Source: a bacterium
GTDB lineage: Bacteria > UBA9089 > CG2-30-40-21 > SBAY01
Assembly (NCBI GenBank): GCA_040757115.1
Contig: JBFLYA010000002.1
Location: 1-59,479, forward strand
Reading direction: 5' to 3'
DNA: 59,479 nt
A model generated the notes under the pieces. It made no database searches. It was not told the DNA's origin and worked only from the letters and a program-made list of their open reading frames with translations. This document shows, piece by piece, positions 43,262-51,905 of this stretch. The position numbers and the translations under genes were made by a program. The stretch's first letter is position 1, and each line of letters starts with the position of its first letter.

Positions 43262-44514
43262 AAAAAGCATTGATAATCACGGAAATAGATTATAAAAAAG
43301 CACCTAATGATAGAGTTCAACACCTGATTGAATATCTCTCGCATAAATTTGAAGAGGTAACCGTAGTTTATCGCAAAAGAAATGCGACCAATTCCCTTAA
43401 AGCCCTTTTCCTTTTACAAATAACTACATTTCAAGAAAAAAATATCAGATTTATCGAGATAGACCCTTTATTAAATTATAGCCTGGGACTTGTGGGTAGT
43501 TTTACTGGTTATAATTTAACAAATCGGTCTTCTATTAAATCCGCTTTTATAAAAGTTTTCTGTTTTTTTTCTTTTATAAAAGATATTTTTCTTGTTTTAT
43601 CCCTGATTGTGAGTATTCCTTTTAAGATTAAAGATAAATTTGATGTCTGTATTTATCAAAATCCCTGGGAAGGGACAATTAGTCTTTTATTGAAAAGATT
43701 AGGCAGGGTTAAATTTATAGTTTATGATAATATAGATTATTTGCCTGTGTTGACAAAATTTCGCACATTTTACACTAAATGGGTAGATAAATATCTTTTA
43801 AATAAGACAGATTTAATTATTTGTGTCAGTAAAAAATTATACCAATTGCGGAAATTACAGACGAAAAAAGAGGTATATATTGTCCCTAATGGAGTTAACC
43901 ACACCTTATTTAAACCAGCACAAAACAAAATTCTACATCCTCCGACATTAATCTATACAGGTAATGTAACACATTGGAGTGGATTAGATTTGGTTATTCA
44001 TAGTTTAGCCGAGATTAAGAAGGAAATCCAAAATATCAGGCTTCTCATTGTGGGCGCTTCCTTTCCGGCTACCTATGGTGAAGGATTAAAAGAAATTAGT
44101 CCCAGACTTAATCTTGAGGAAAATGTTGTCTTTGTTGGCGTAAAGGGATATGCAGAATTACCAGTATTTTTAAAGGAGGCAGACATAGGTTTAGCCTTTT
44201 TTCAACCAGTGCCTTTGCGGCAATATGCCTTCCCACTTAAAGTTGTAGAATATATGTCCGCTGGACTACCAGTTATAGGAACAAAAGACACGGAAACTGA
44301 GGAGATTATTAATGAGTATAAATGTGGTCAGGCGATTGAATTCACCAAAGAGGCATTTGTGGAATCTATCTGTTCATTACTTACGGATAAAGATAAATAC
44401 GACTATCTCTCCTCAAATGCAAAAAAATATAGTCCCCAATTTGATTGGAATAATGTTCTTGAAAAAGAATACTTATTAATCAAAAATCTCCACTTGACAA
44501 AAATAACAATGTAA
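43258..44514 (+). CDS. Glycosyltransferase family 4
   Basis: ATGA overlap with the PIG-L gene. C-terminal FPLKVVEYMSAGLPVIGTKDTETEEII signature. Confidence 0.82.
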   Translation: MKKALIITEIDYKKAPNDRVQHLIEYLSHKFEEVTVVYRKRNATNSLKALFLLQITTFQEKNIRFIEIDPLLNYSLGLVGSFTGYNLTNRSSIKSAFIKVFCFFSFIKDIFLVLSLIVSIPFKIKDKFDVCIYQNPWEGTISLLLKRLGRVKFIVYDNIDYLPVLTKFRTFYTKWVDKYLLNKTDLIICVSKKLYQLRKLQTKKEVYIVPNGVNHTLFKPAQNKILHPPTLIYTGNVTHWSGLDLVIHSLAEIKKEIQNIRLLIVGASFPATYGEGLKEISPRLNLEENVVFVGVKGYAELPVFLKEADIGLAFFQPVPLRQYAFPLKVVEYMSAGLPVIGTKDTETEEIINEYKCGQAIEFTKEAFVESICSLLTDKDKYDYLSSNAKKYSPQFDWNNVLEKEYLLIKNLHLTKITM

Positions 44515-44530
44515 TCTATAATATTTAAAA

Positions 44531-45316
44531 ATGAAGATAATAGTTTGTATAAAACAGGTGCCTGAAACCTCTGCGGTAAGGATAGACCCAAACACGCATA
44601 CTTTAATTCGCGAAGGGGTAAAATCTATCATCAATCCCTTTGATATGAATGCGATAGAAACGGCTTTGCAACTAAAGGAAAAGTATTCCGGAGAGGTAGT
44701 AGCTATTTCTATGGGACCACCACAGGCAGAAGAAGCCTTGCGCGAGGCTATATCACTTGGAGTAGATGAGGCGGTGTTATTGAGTGATAAGGCATTTGCG
44801 GGCGCAGATACATTAGCCACTTCTTATACATTATCTATGGGAATTAAAAAAATAGGCGAATTTGACCTGATAATCTGTGGCAAACAGGCAATAGATGGCG
44901 ATACTGCCCAGGTAGGTCCTGAATTAGCCCAGATGTTAAATATTCCCCAGATATGCTTTGTTCGTAAGATAGTAGAAATAAAAAACCACACACTTATCGT
45001 TGAACGAGTATTAGAAGATGGCTATGAAGTCGTGGAAACTCAACTATCTGCTTTACTCACAGTCGTCAAAGAGATTAATGAACCAAGACTCCCTTCATTA
45101 CGAGGCAAATTAACCTCTAAAAAGAAAGAAATTATTAAGTGGGGTGCACAAGAACTTGATGTTAACCCGGATGATGTTGGGCTGACGGGTTCTCCCACTC
45201 GAGTAATTCGCACATTTACCCCGCCACCTCGAAAAGATAGAAAAATCCTCCAGGGTGAGGTTAAAGATATAGTCAAAGAATTAGTCTGTGAATTGAAACA
45301 GAGAAAGATAGTATGA
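44531..45316 (+). CDS. etfB: Electron transfer flavoprotein beta subunit (EtfB/FixA)
   Basis: MKIIVCIKQVPETSAVRIDP, INPFDMNAIETALQLKE and ICGKQAIDGDTAQVGPELAQ. Confidence 0.88.
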   Translation: MKIIVCIKQVPETSAVRIDPNTHTLIREGVKSIINPFDMNAIETALQLKEKYSGEVVAISMGPPQAEEALREAISLGVDEAVLLSDKAFAGADTLATSYTLSMGIKKIGEFDLIICGKQAIDGDTAQVGPELAQMLNIPQICFVRKIVEIKNHTLIVERVLEDGYEVVETQLSALLTVVKEINEPRLPSLRGKLTSKKKEIIKWGAQELDVNPDDVGLTGSPTRVIRTFTPPPRKDRKILQGEVKDIVKELVCELKQRKIV

Positions 45317-45442
45317 AATAGTGGACAGTGAACAATAGATAGTAATCAGTGACTAGAGGTGTAGTAAGTGGTAACTAATTACCAATTACCAGTTACCAAT
45401 TACCAGTTACCAATTACCAAAATAAGAAGGAGGGCTTTTAAA

Positions 45443-46162
45443 ATGACCAGGATTAAAGTATGTGGGATAACAAGTAAAACAGATGCCTTTATGTGTATTG
45501 ATGCGGGCGTAGATATTTTAGGATTTGTTTTTGTAGGGGAGTCTCCAAGAAAAATTGCACCTGAAGAGGCTCAGCGTATTATAAATGACATACCATCTTT
45601 TGTTATCACGGTGGGTATATTTGTGAATAGACCAGAAAATGAAGTTGTCAAAATTGCCGAGTTATGTAAATTAGATAGATTACAACTTCATGGGGAAGAA
45701 TCTCCTCAATATTGTGCTTCTTTTAATCGTAAGATAATCAAGGCATTTAGAATTAGAAGTAGTGATGACCTCACTGTTATCCCCGGGTATAAGGTTTCGG
45801 GATATTTACTGGATAGCTATGAAGAAGAGCGTGCTGGTGGAACTGGTAGAACATTTGAATGGAGTTTAGCCCAGGAGGCAACTAAATTTGGACCGATTAT
45901 CCTGGCAGGTGGACTTACTCCTGAAAATGTCAATCGGGCTATATCCATCGTTCGTCCTTATGCCGTTGATGTAAGCACGGGCGTAGAGGAAAAAGATACA
46001 CCAGGGAAGAAAAATAAAATAAAATTAACCGAATTCATTAGACAGGTTCAAAATGCTGATAGTGATATTATTATCGCTGATAAGGCAAAAAAACTATTTG
46101 AATGGGAAGGGGAAGAAGTAAGAGAGAAAAAAGGTGGATTTCTGTTTTGGAAGAAAAAGTAA
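45443..46162 (+). CDS. trpF: Phosphoribosylanthranilate isomerase TrpF
   Basis: MTRIKVCGIT and LQLHGEE. I placed the start at ATG 45443, after the AAGGAGGG RBS. The track ORF 5' extension (VTNYQLPVTNYQLP) is a low-complexity repeat. Confidence 0.88.
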   Translation: MTRIKVCGITSKTDAFMCIDAGVDILGFVFVGESPRKIAPEEAQRIINDIPSFVITVGIFVNRPENEVVKIAELCKLDRLQLHGEESPQYCASFNRKIIKAFRIRSSDDLTVIPGYKVSGYLLDSYEEERAGGTGRTFEWSLAQEATKFGPIILAGGLTPENVNRAISIVRPYAVDVSTGVEEKDTPGKKNKIKLTEFIRQVQNADSDIIIADKAKKLFEWEGEEVREKKGGFLFWKKK

Positions 46163-46210
46163 CAAGGATACGGAAGTCCGAACTTATTCGGGTAAAAGAG
46201 GAATAAAGTA

Positions 46211-47413
46211 ATGTTACCAGACAAATATGGACATTTCAAAGCTAAGGATAATTTTTTCGGGGGAAAGTTTGTTCCTGAAACCTTGATGTCTGCATTAGAA
46301 GAATTAGAGTCAAATTATCTTAAGACTAAAAATGACACTGAATTCCAGACTCAACTTGACTACTACCTGAAGGTTTATGCAGGCAGACCAACACCATTAT
46401 ATTTTGCTCAAAGGCTAACAGAAAAACTTAACTCTGCAAAAATTTATTTAAAGCGAGAGGATTTATGTCACACTGGCGCTCATAAGATAAATAATACCTT
46501 AGGACAGGTGCTTCTGGCTAAATATATGGGGAAGCCACGCGTCATTGCGGAAACTGGGGCAGGACAACATGGTGTAGCCACAGCAACGGCAGCCGCTATG
46601 TTTGGATTACAATGTGAAGTTTATATGGGGACCGAGGATGTCCACCGCCAGGCGTTAAATGTCTTTCGGATGAAACTCTTAGGGGCTAAAGTTCATCCAG
46701 TAGAATCAGGAAGTAAAACTTTAAAAGATGCCATCAATGAGGCTATCCGTGATTGGGTCACAAATGTTAGAACAACCCATTATGTCATAGGCTCGGTCGT
46801 TGGACCGCATCCATACCCAATGATGGTGCGGGATTTTCAAGCAATAATTGGTCAGGAAACCAGAGAACAAATCCTTAAATTAGAAGGTCGTCTGCCAGAT
46901 TATCTATTAGCCTGCGTTGGTGGTGGAAGTAATTCGATAGGTCTATTTTACCCATTTTTTAAAGATAAAAAGGTGAAATTTATAGGCATTGAAGCCGCCG
47001 GTAAAGGACTTAATACAGAATTTCATGCCGCATCATTGCAAGCAGGTAGCCCTGGGGTTTTACATGGTAGCCTCTCTTATGTGCTTCAGGATAAAAATGG
47101 TCAGATTACTCCAACTCACTCTGTCTCTGCAGGATTAGATTATCCAGGGGTAGGACCAGAACATAGCTACTACAAAGAGACTGGTAGAGCAGAATATGTT
47201 GGAGTGACAGATGATGAGGCACTGGAGTCATTCCAGATTTTAGCCCAAACAGAAGGAATAATTCCAGCATTAGAATCTGCTCACGCCATTGCCTATGCAA
47301 AAAAATTAGCCCAAAGACTAAATAAGGATGAGATTATTGTAATTAATCTCTCTGGTCGGGGAGATAAAGATGTAGAAACAGTATCAAAAATATTAAATGA
47401 AGAGGTAGATTAA
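46211..47413 (+). CDS. trpB: Tryptophan synthase beta chain TrpB
   Basis: [19 protein letters not shown] and GGGSNSIG. Confidence 0.96.
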   Translation: MLPDKYGHFKAKDNFFGGKFVPETLMSALEELESNYLKTKNDTEFQTQLDYYLKVYAGRPTPLYFAQRLTEKLNSAKIYLKREDLCHTGAHKINNTLGQVLLAKYMGKPRVIAETGAGQHGVATATAAAMFGLQCEVYMGTEDVHRQALNVFRMKLLGAKVHPVESGSKTLKDAINEAIRDWVTNVRTTHYVIGSVVGPHPYPMMVRDFQAIIGQETREQILKLEGRLPDYLLACVGGGSNSIGLFYPFFKDKKVKFIGIEAAGKGLNTEFHAASLQAGSPGVLHGSLSYVLQDKNGQITPTHSVSAGLDYPGVGPEHSYYKETGRAEYVGVTDDEALESFQILAQTEGIIPALESAHAIAYAKKLAQRLNKDEIIVINLSGRGDKDVETVSKILNEEVD

Positions 47414-47414
47414 A

Positions 47415-47627
47415 ATGGAGGTATTAGGGTTAATATTAGGAATGTTAGGGTTAATTTTTACTTATATCTGGAGAGCTAATAGTAAACTCCAGAAAGAGAT
47501 GATGCAAGCATCGGAGAAGATTGAAGAAGGTGCGGTGAAAATTGAAGAAACACAAAGAGATATAGTTCAAATGCTTCTTGAACACACAAGAATTTTGGAC
47601 AGGATGGAAAGAAAGATGGCCACCTGA
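47415..47627 (+). CDS. Small single-pass membrane / coiled-coil protein between trpB and trpA
   Basis: 70 aa, with its ATG 1 nt after the trpB stop. N-terminal TM segment (LGLILGMLGLIFTYIW) followed by a charged helix. Confidence 0.45.
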   Translation: MEVLGLILGMLGLIFTYIWRANSKLQKEMMQASEKIEEGAVKIEETQRDIVQMLLEHTRILDRMERKMAT

Positions 47628-47688
47628 AAGTATATGTCAGGTTAAGGTTTTATAGGGTTTCAGGAAATTAAAAGCAAGTAATTGGTTA

Positions 47689-47748
47689 AATGGTAACTGG
47701 TGATTGGTGAATGGTAACTAATTACCATTCACCAGTTACCATTTACCA
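47689..47748. repeat. Imperfect ~60-nt palindrome of ggtaactggtga-type low-complexity repeats
   Basis: aaatggtaactggtgattggtgaatggtaac ta attaccattcaccagttaccattt. The left arm has one extra 7-nt unit. Same family as 22405-22490 and 45368-45420. Confidence 0.8.
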
Positions 47749-47767
47749 GATATAAGGAGAGAAAAGA

Positions 47768-48568
47768 TTGAGCAATAGGATTGACTTAAAATTTCAAGAA
47801 CTTAAGGCAAAAAAACAGAAGGCATTAATTACATTCATTACGGCAGGTGACCCCAGTTTTGAACTTACTTATGAATTAGTGCTCAAATTAGAAAAAAGTG
47901 GGGCAGATATAATTGAACTTGGCGTGCCTTTCTCCGACCCATTAGCGGATGGACCGGTAATTCAAGCCTCATCAGAACGGGCATTGAAGAACAAAACATC
48001 TCTGACAAAGGTACTGGATTTAGTCAAAGTCCTTCGCAACATTTCTCAGATTCCCATCGTGTTACTTAGTTATTATAACCCTATTTATAAATACGGGGTA
48101 TCTCAATTTGTCAAAGATGCAAGTTTTGTTGGTGTAGATGGTGTGATTATCCCTGATTTACCACCAGAAGAGGCAGAAGAATTGAGAGATGAAGCTCAAT
48201 CAAAAAACTTAGCCACTATATTTTTGTTAGCACCGACAAGCACATCAAAGAGAATAAAATTGATTAGTCGAACATCCAGCGGATTTATCTATTATGTTTC
48301 CTTAACAGGAATAACAGGTATGCGTGAAAAATTAGAAGGAACATTAGAAGATGTTTTAAGGCAAATTCGACTAATAACGAATAAACCTATTGCCGTGGGA
48401 TTTGGCATATCAACAAAAGAGCATGTGCATAAGGTTACCTCGATAGCAGATGCCGCTATTGTCGGCAGTGCAATCGTTAATCTTATAGCTAAACATGAAA
48501 AAGACCTCAATCTGGTCAATCTCGTAGGCGATTTTGTCTCAAACTTATCTTCCGGGAAATATCAATAA
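47768..48568 (+). CDS. trpA: Tryptophan synthase alpha chain TrpA
   Basis: TTG start after an AAGGAGAG RBS. ITAGDP and ELGVPFSDPLADGPVIQ. Confidence 0.93.
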   Translation: MSNRIDLKFQELKAKKQKALITFITAGDPSFELTYELVLKLEKSGADIIELGVPFSDPLADGPVIQASSERALKNKTSLTKVLDLVKVLRNISQIPIVLLSYYNPIYKYGVSQFVKDASFVGVDGVIIPDLPPEEAEELRDEAQSKNLATIFLLAPTSTSKRIKLISRTSSGFIYYVSLTGITGMREKLEGTLEDVLRQIRLITNKPIAVGFGISTKEHVHKVTSIADAAIVGSAIVNLIAKHEKDLNLVNLVGDFVSNLSSGKYQ

Positions 48569-48569
48569 A

Positions 48570-50525
48570 ATGATTGTTATCTTTTTATCATTTTTTATAA
48601 TCCTAACTAATCTTTTCTTATTAGCATTTACACTTTTAGAAAAAAGAAGTAGTCTCAGAACAACTTACTCATCTCTTCTATCTACCTTAACCCTCTGGAT
48701 TTTGGGTTTTGGGACATCATCACTTTTTTTAGATGAAACCAATGTTCTTATCTGGCTAAGATGTTCTTATACAGGACTTATATTCTTTCCTGTCATCTTC
48801 TTCCATTTTGTCCTATCGTTAACTATGAACCATTCTAAATTCCCTACTATATTAAAGCAAGCGGGATATTCCCTCAGTCTAATATTTGGTATTTTAAATC
48901 TCTTAGGTGGACTTATTCAAGGAGTAATCTTTAAAGACGGCTTTTATTATCCAGATATTGGGGTGTTCTATTACTATTATGGAATATATTTTATCCTTTT
49001 TATCTTGTATGGAAATTGGTTGTTATATCAAAGATATAACAAGACTAAAAGTGTTATAGAAAAGGAAAGGTTAAAATATTTACTCATAGGAAGTTGTTGT
49101 GGAATATTAAGCAGTCTTTCCAATATGGGCATTGATTTTTTTAAAATGCTATATTTAGTAGAATATTTGACCATTGTTATTTTTAACTTGTTCATAAATT
49201 ATGTCTGTATCAAGTATAAATTAATAGAATTAAATATATTTATAAGGCGAGAACATCTCCATTACCTGACATCAACTATTTTAGTCGGACTAATTGCTTT
49301 TATTATTTTAGTTGGACAGAGATTATTTCCATCTAATTTTTTTCTATTAAGCATGATACTGGCTATTGGTTTCGGCTTAAGTTTTCATTTAGTCAGTAGA
49401 ACAATTAGCCAATTTATAGAAAGGCGATTTTTTAAAGAAACATTCGATAAAAAAGAGTTCCTGAAAAGATTTTCTCAAAATATTACCTCTACATTTGATA
49501 AAAATTTGCTTCTTCCATCAATACTTGATGTCCTGGTAAATATTATGGAGATTAAAACAGCCTTGATAATACTTTATTCCCCGGATGAGGAAGAATGTAA
49601 AGTAGATTTTGATATGGGATTAAGTGAGACAAAGAGGCGTAAGGCGATATTCTCAAAAACAAAGGGGATGATTAAATGGTTTAGCGAGAATAAAAAAACA
49701 CTTCTGAAAGAGAATCTACGATTAGACCCCAGATTTGAAAATGTCTTTCAAGATATAGAAAATGATCTTGAAAAGGTAGAGAGTATCTTAGCCATACCGC
49801 TGGTTGGGAAAGAAGGGTTAAGGGGGATAGTTTGTTTAGGTGAGAAAGAAAATTTGCAGGGATATAATGATGAGGATATAGCCTTCCTGAATACATTTTG
49901 TGACGAAACTACGGTTGCCCTTGAAAATACATTTTTGTATGAAGAGAAGATGAAATATTTTTTAAATACCATTTTGACTTTATTATTCACGATAGAGGCA
50001 AAAGATAAATATACTAAAGGGCATTGTGAAAATGTAGGGCGATATGCGGCAATCGTGGCACAGGCACTTGGACTCTCTCCCACAGAAGTAGAAAATATTA
50101 AAATTGGTGGCTATCTCCATGATATTGGTAAAATTGGTATTGATGACAAAATTCTACTTAAACCAGGACAACTTACAGGGGATGAATTCGAACAAATTAA
50201 AAAACACCCGGAGATTGGCGTGAAAATATTGGAAGCGATTAATCTCCCAGGAGATATTATCGATGCCGTTAAGTACCACCATGAACGAATTAGTGGAAAT
50301 GGCTACCCAAACTCCTTAACCAAAGATGGAGAACCTTCTTTGCCTTTAGCCGCCTCCATTATTGGTATCGTAGATTCTTATGAGGCAATGACATCTGATA
50401 GACCTTATCGAAAGGCATTTAGTAAAGAAGATGCCATCCTTGAATTAGAAAGAGGAAGTGAAAAATTGTATGACCCTAAAATAGTTGAGGTGTTCATTAA
50501 ATTAGTCAAGGAAGGAAAGATATGA
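48570..50525 (+). CDS. 7TM-sensor / GAF / HD-GYP domain protein
   Basis: About 7 N-terminal TM segments, a GAF-like middle, HDIGKIGIDDKILLKPG and HHERISGNGYPNSL. I used ATG 48570 rather than the track TTG 48534, which overlaps trpA. Confidence 0.82.
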   Translation: MIVIFLSFFIILTNLFLLAFTLLEKRSSLRTTYSSLLSTLTLWILGFGTSSLFLDETNVLIWLRCSYTGLIFFPVIFFHFVLSLTMNHSKFPTILKQAGYSLSLIFGILNLLGGLIQGVIFKDGFYYPDIGVFYYYYGIYFILFILYGNWLLYQRYNKTKSVIEKERLKYLLIGSCCGILSSLSNMGIDFFKMLYLVEYLTIVIFNLFINYVCIKYKLIELNIFIRREHLHYLTSTILVGLIAFIILVGQRLFPSNFFLLSMILAIGFGLSFHLVSRTISQFIERRFFKETFDKKEFLKRFSQNITSTFDKNLLLPSILDVLVNIMEIKTALIILYSPDEEECKVDFDMGLSETKRRKAIFSKTKGMIKWFSENKKTLLKENLRLDPRFENVFQDIENDLEKVESILAIPLVGKEGLRGIVCLGEKENLQGYNDEDIAFLNTFCDETTVALENTFLYEEKMKYFLNTILTLLFTIEAKDKYTKGHCENVGRYAAIVAQALGLSPTEVENIKIGGYLHDIGKIGIDDKILLKPGQLTGDEFEQIKKHPEIGVKILEAINLPGDIIDAVKYHHERISGNGYPNSLTKDGEPSLPLAASIIGIVDSYEAMTSDRPYRKAFSKEDAILELERGSEKLYDPKIVEVFIKLVKEGKI

Positions 50526-51394
50526 AAAACGATAAGATTACCTGGATATTTTTTATCTTACTTTTAGCCGGCGTAATAGGCGGGATATTTAACCTCCTTC
50601 GATTATCCCAGTTCCCTGTAAAAAAAAGAGAGGTTACGGTTAAGGAAAAAATAAGACTCGAAAAGCAACTCCAACCACTTCCGACTAAAATTAAACCTGT
50701 TTACCAAAAACCAATTCCTGCTCAACCATCTAAACCGAATAGATTTGGAACCGTTAGTATCTTAAGCTCTCCAGCCGGAGCAAAGATATATCTTGACACT
50801 ATCCTGCAAACTAAAATTACACCAATGGTTTCTAAAATTAAAACAGGGGCACATCAGATAAAATTAGTTAAAAATGGTTATCAACCATATCAATCAGAAA
50901 TAATAATAAAACAAGGATTAACAACCTGCATAAATGCTAAATTAGAATTATCTTCGGCAAGTGTATTTATTAACTCAACTCCTCAAGGGGCAACTGTTTT
51001 TGTCAATAATGAAAAAAAAGGGATAACTCCTTTAACGATTTCTCCCCTAACTCCCTGGCAACCTTACCAACTACAACTTAGGTTATCTAAATATAATGAT
51101 TGGTCAGCTAATATATTTGTTGAACCAGGAGAAGAGGCAAAGATGGAAGTAACATTAAAACCCAAACCTAAAGGTTTTATTTATATAACATCTCTTCCTT
51201 CAGGGGCTATGGTATATTTAGACGATGAATTAATTGGTAAGACACCCGTGCGGGAATGGACAGTCAGGGCTGGGAATCATATACTCAAAGTCAACAAAGA
51301 AGGATTTTTTTCTGCTATAAAAAAAGTTAATGTGCCTGCGGATGAAAGTGTCTTTGTTAATTTTGAATTAACATCGGAGAGTAGTAATCAGTAA
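50522..51394 (+). CDS. Membrane-anchored PEGA-domain protein (3 PEGA repeats)
   Basis: ATGA overlap with the upstream gene. SSPAGAKIYLD, STPQGATVFVNNEKKGITPL and SLPSGAMVYLDDELIGKTPV. Confidence 0.78.
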   Translation: MKNDKITWIFFILLLAGVIGGIFNLLRLSQFPVKKREVTVKEKIRLEKQLQPLPTKIKPVYQKPIPAQPSKPNRFGTVSILSSPAGAKIYLDTILQTKITPMVSKIKTGAHQIKLVKNGYQPYQSEIIIKQGLTTCINAKLELSSASVFINSTPQGATVFVNNEKKGITPLTISPLTPWQPYQLQLRLSKYNDWSANIFVEPGEEAKMEVTLKPKPKGFIYITSLPSGAMVYLDDELIGKTPVREWTVRAGNHILKVNKEGFFSAIKKVNVPADESVFVNFELTSESSNQ

Positions 51395-51435
51395 AGAAAT
51401 TTTTCAATACTAAATAAAACTATCTACTTTTTAGA

Positions 51436-51464
51436 TTGACAAAATAAATAAATTATGGTATAGT
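51436..51464 (+). promoter_or_regulatory. Sigma-70-type promoter upstream of the DUF2079-TPR / giant protein 2 operon
   Basis: TTGACA (51436-51441), 17 nt, TATAGT (51459-51464). The ~440-nt leader contains the cassette listed next. Confidence 0.6.
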
Positions 51465-51493
51465 TTATATGAAGGTTTTGATGAAGTTAAAAG

Positions 51494-51858
51494 GTAACTA
51501 TTCACCACGAAGGACACGGAGAGCACGAAGTGAAATTTGATGAATTATCGAATTCATGAAGCTCAAATATTAACATAAATGAAAATAGTAGGCAAGTAGG
51601 TAGTAGGGAAGTAGGAAAGGGATAAAGGATGTGCACGGTATTCCTCTTTTGGGGGCAATGTCTCCCCCTTTCCTACTCTCCTACTTCCTACTTTCAGGAG
51701 AATCCCCCATTTCACTGACCCATTACCATATATGAAATTGGCAAATATCAAGGTTGGTCTATTGATAAATTTCAATGTGGAAAGATTGAAAGAAGGCATA
51801 AAGAGATTTGTTCTGTAACATCTCCCTGCCCTTCGTGCTCTTCGTAGTGAATAGTTAC
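51494..51858 (+). pseudogene. Disrupted GxxExxY-family cassette bounded by inverted repeats, with a nested IR insertion
   Basis: Termini are gtaactattcaccacgaaggacacg and cgtgctcttcgtagtgaatagttac. N-terminal fragment VKFDELSNS* (51530-51558); C-terminal fragment YMKLANIKVGLLINFNVERLKEGIKRFVL* (51729-51818). A ggtagtagggaagtaggaaaggg / ccctttcctactctcctacttcc hairpin element lies between them. Confidence 0.7.
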
Positions 51859-51905
51859 TAAATAATTTGAAAGTATGAATTCAAATTTGAGGAGAAAATA
51901 TATTA

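Noticed and set aside
44476-44820. 114-aa minus-strand ORF spanning the GT4/etfB junction
   Set aside because: It is antisense to two motif-supported genes and has no recognisable features.
51563-51799. 78-aa minus-strand ORF inside the cassette upstream of DUF2079. Similar cases: 20530-20763, 22263-22490, 39521-39724 and 40484-40681
   Set aside because: All lie wholly within inverted-repeat, MITE or low-complexity sequence. Their peptides are translations of repeat arms (for example EEYRAHPLSLSYFPTTYLPT).
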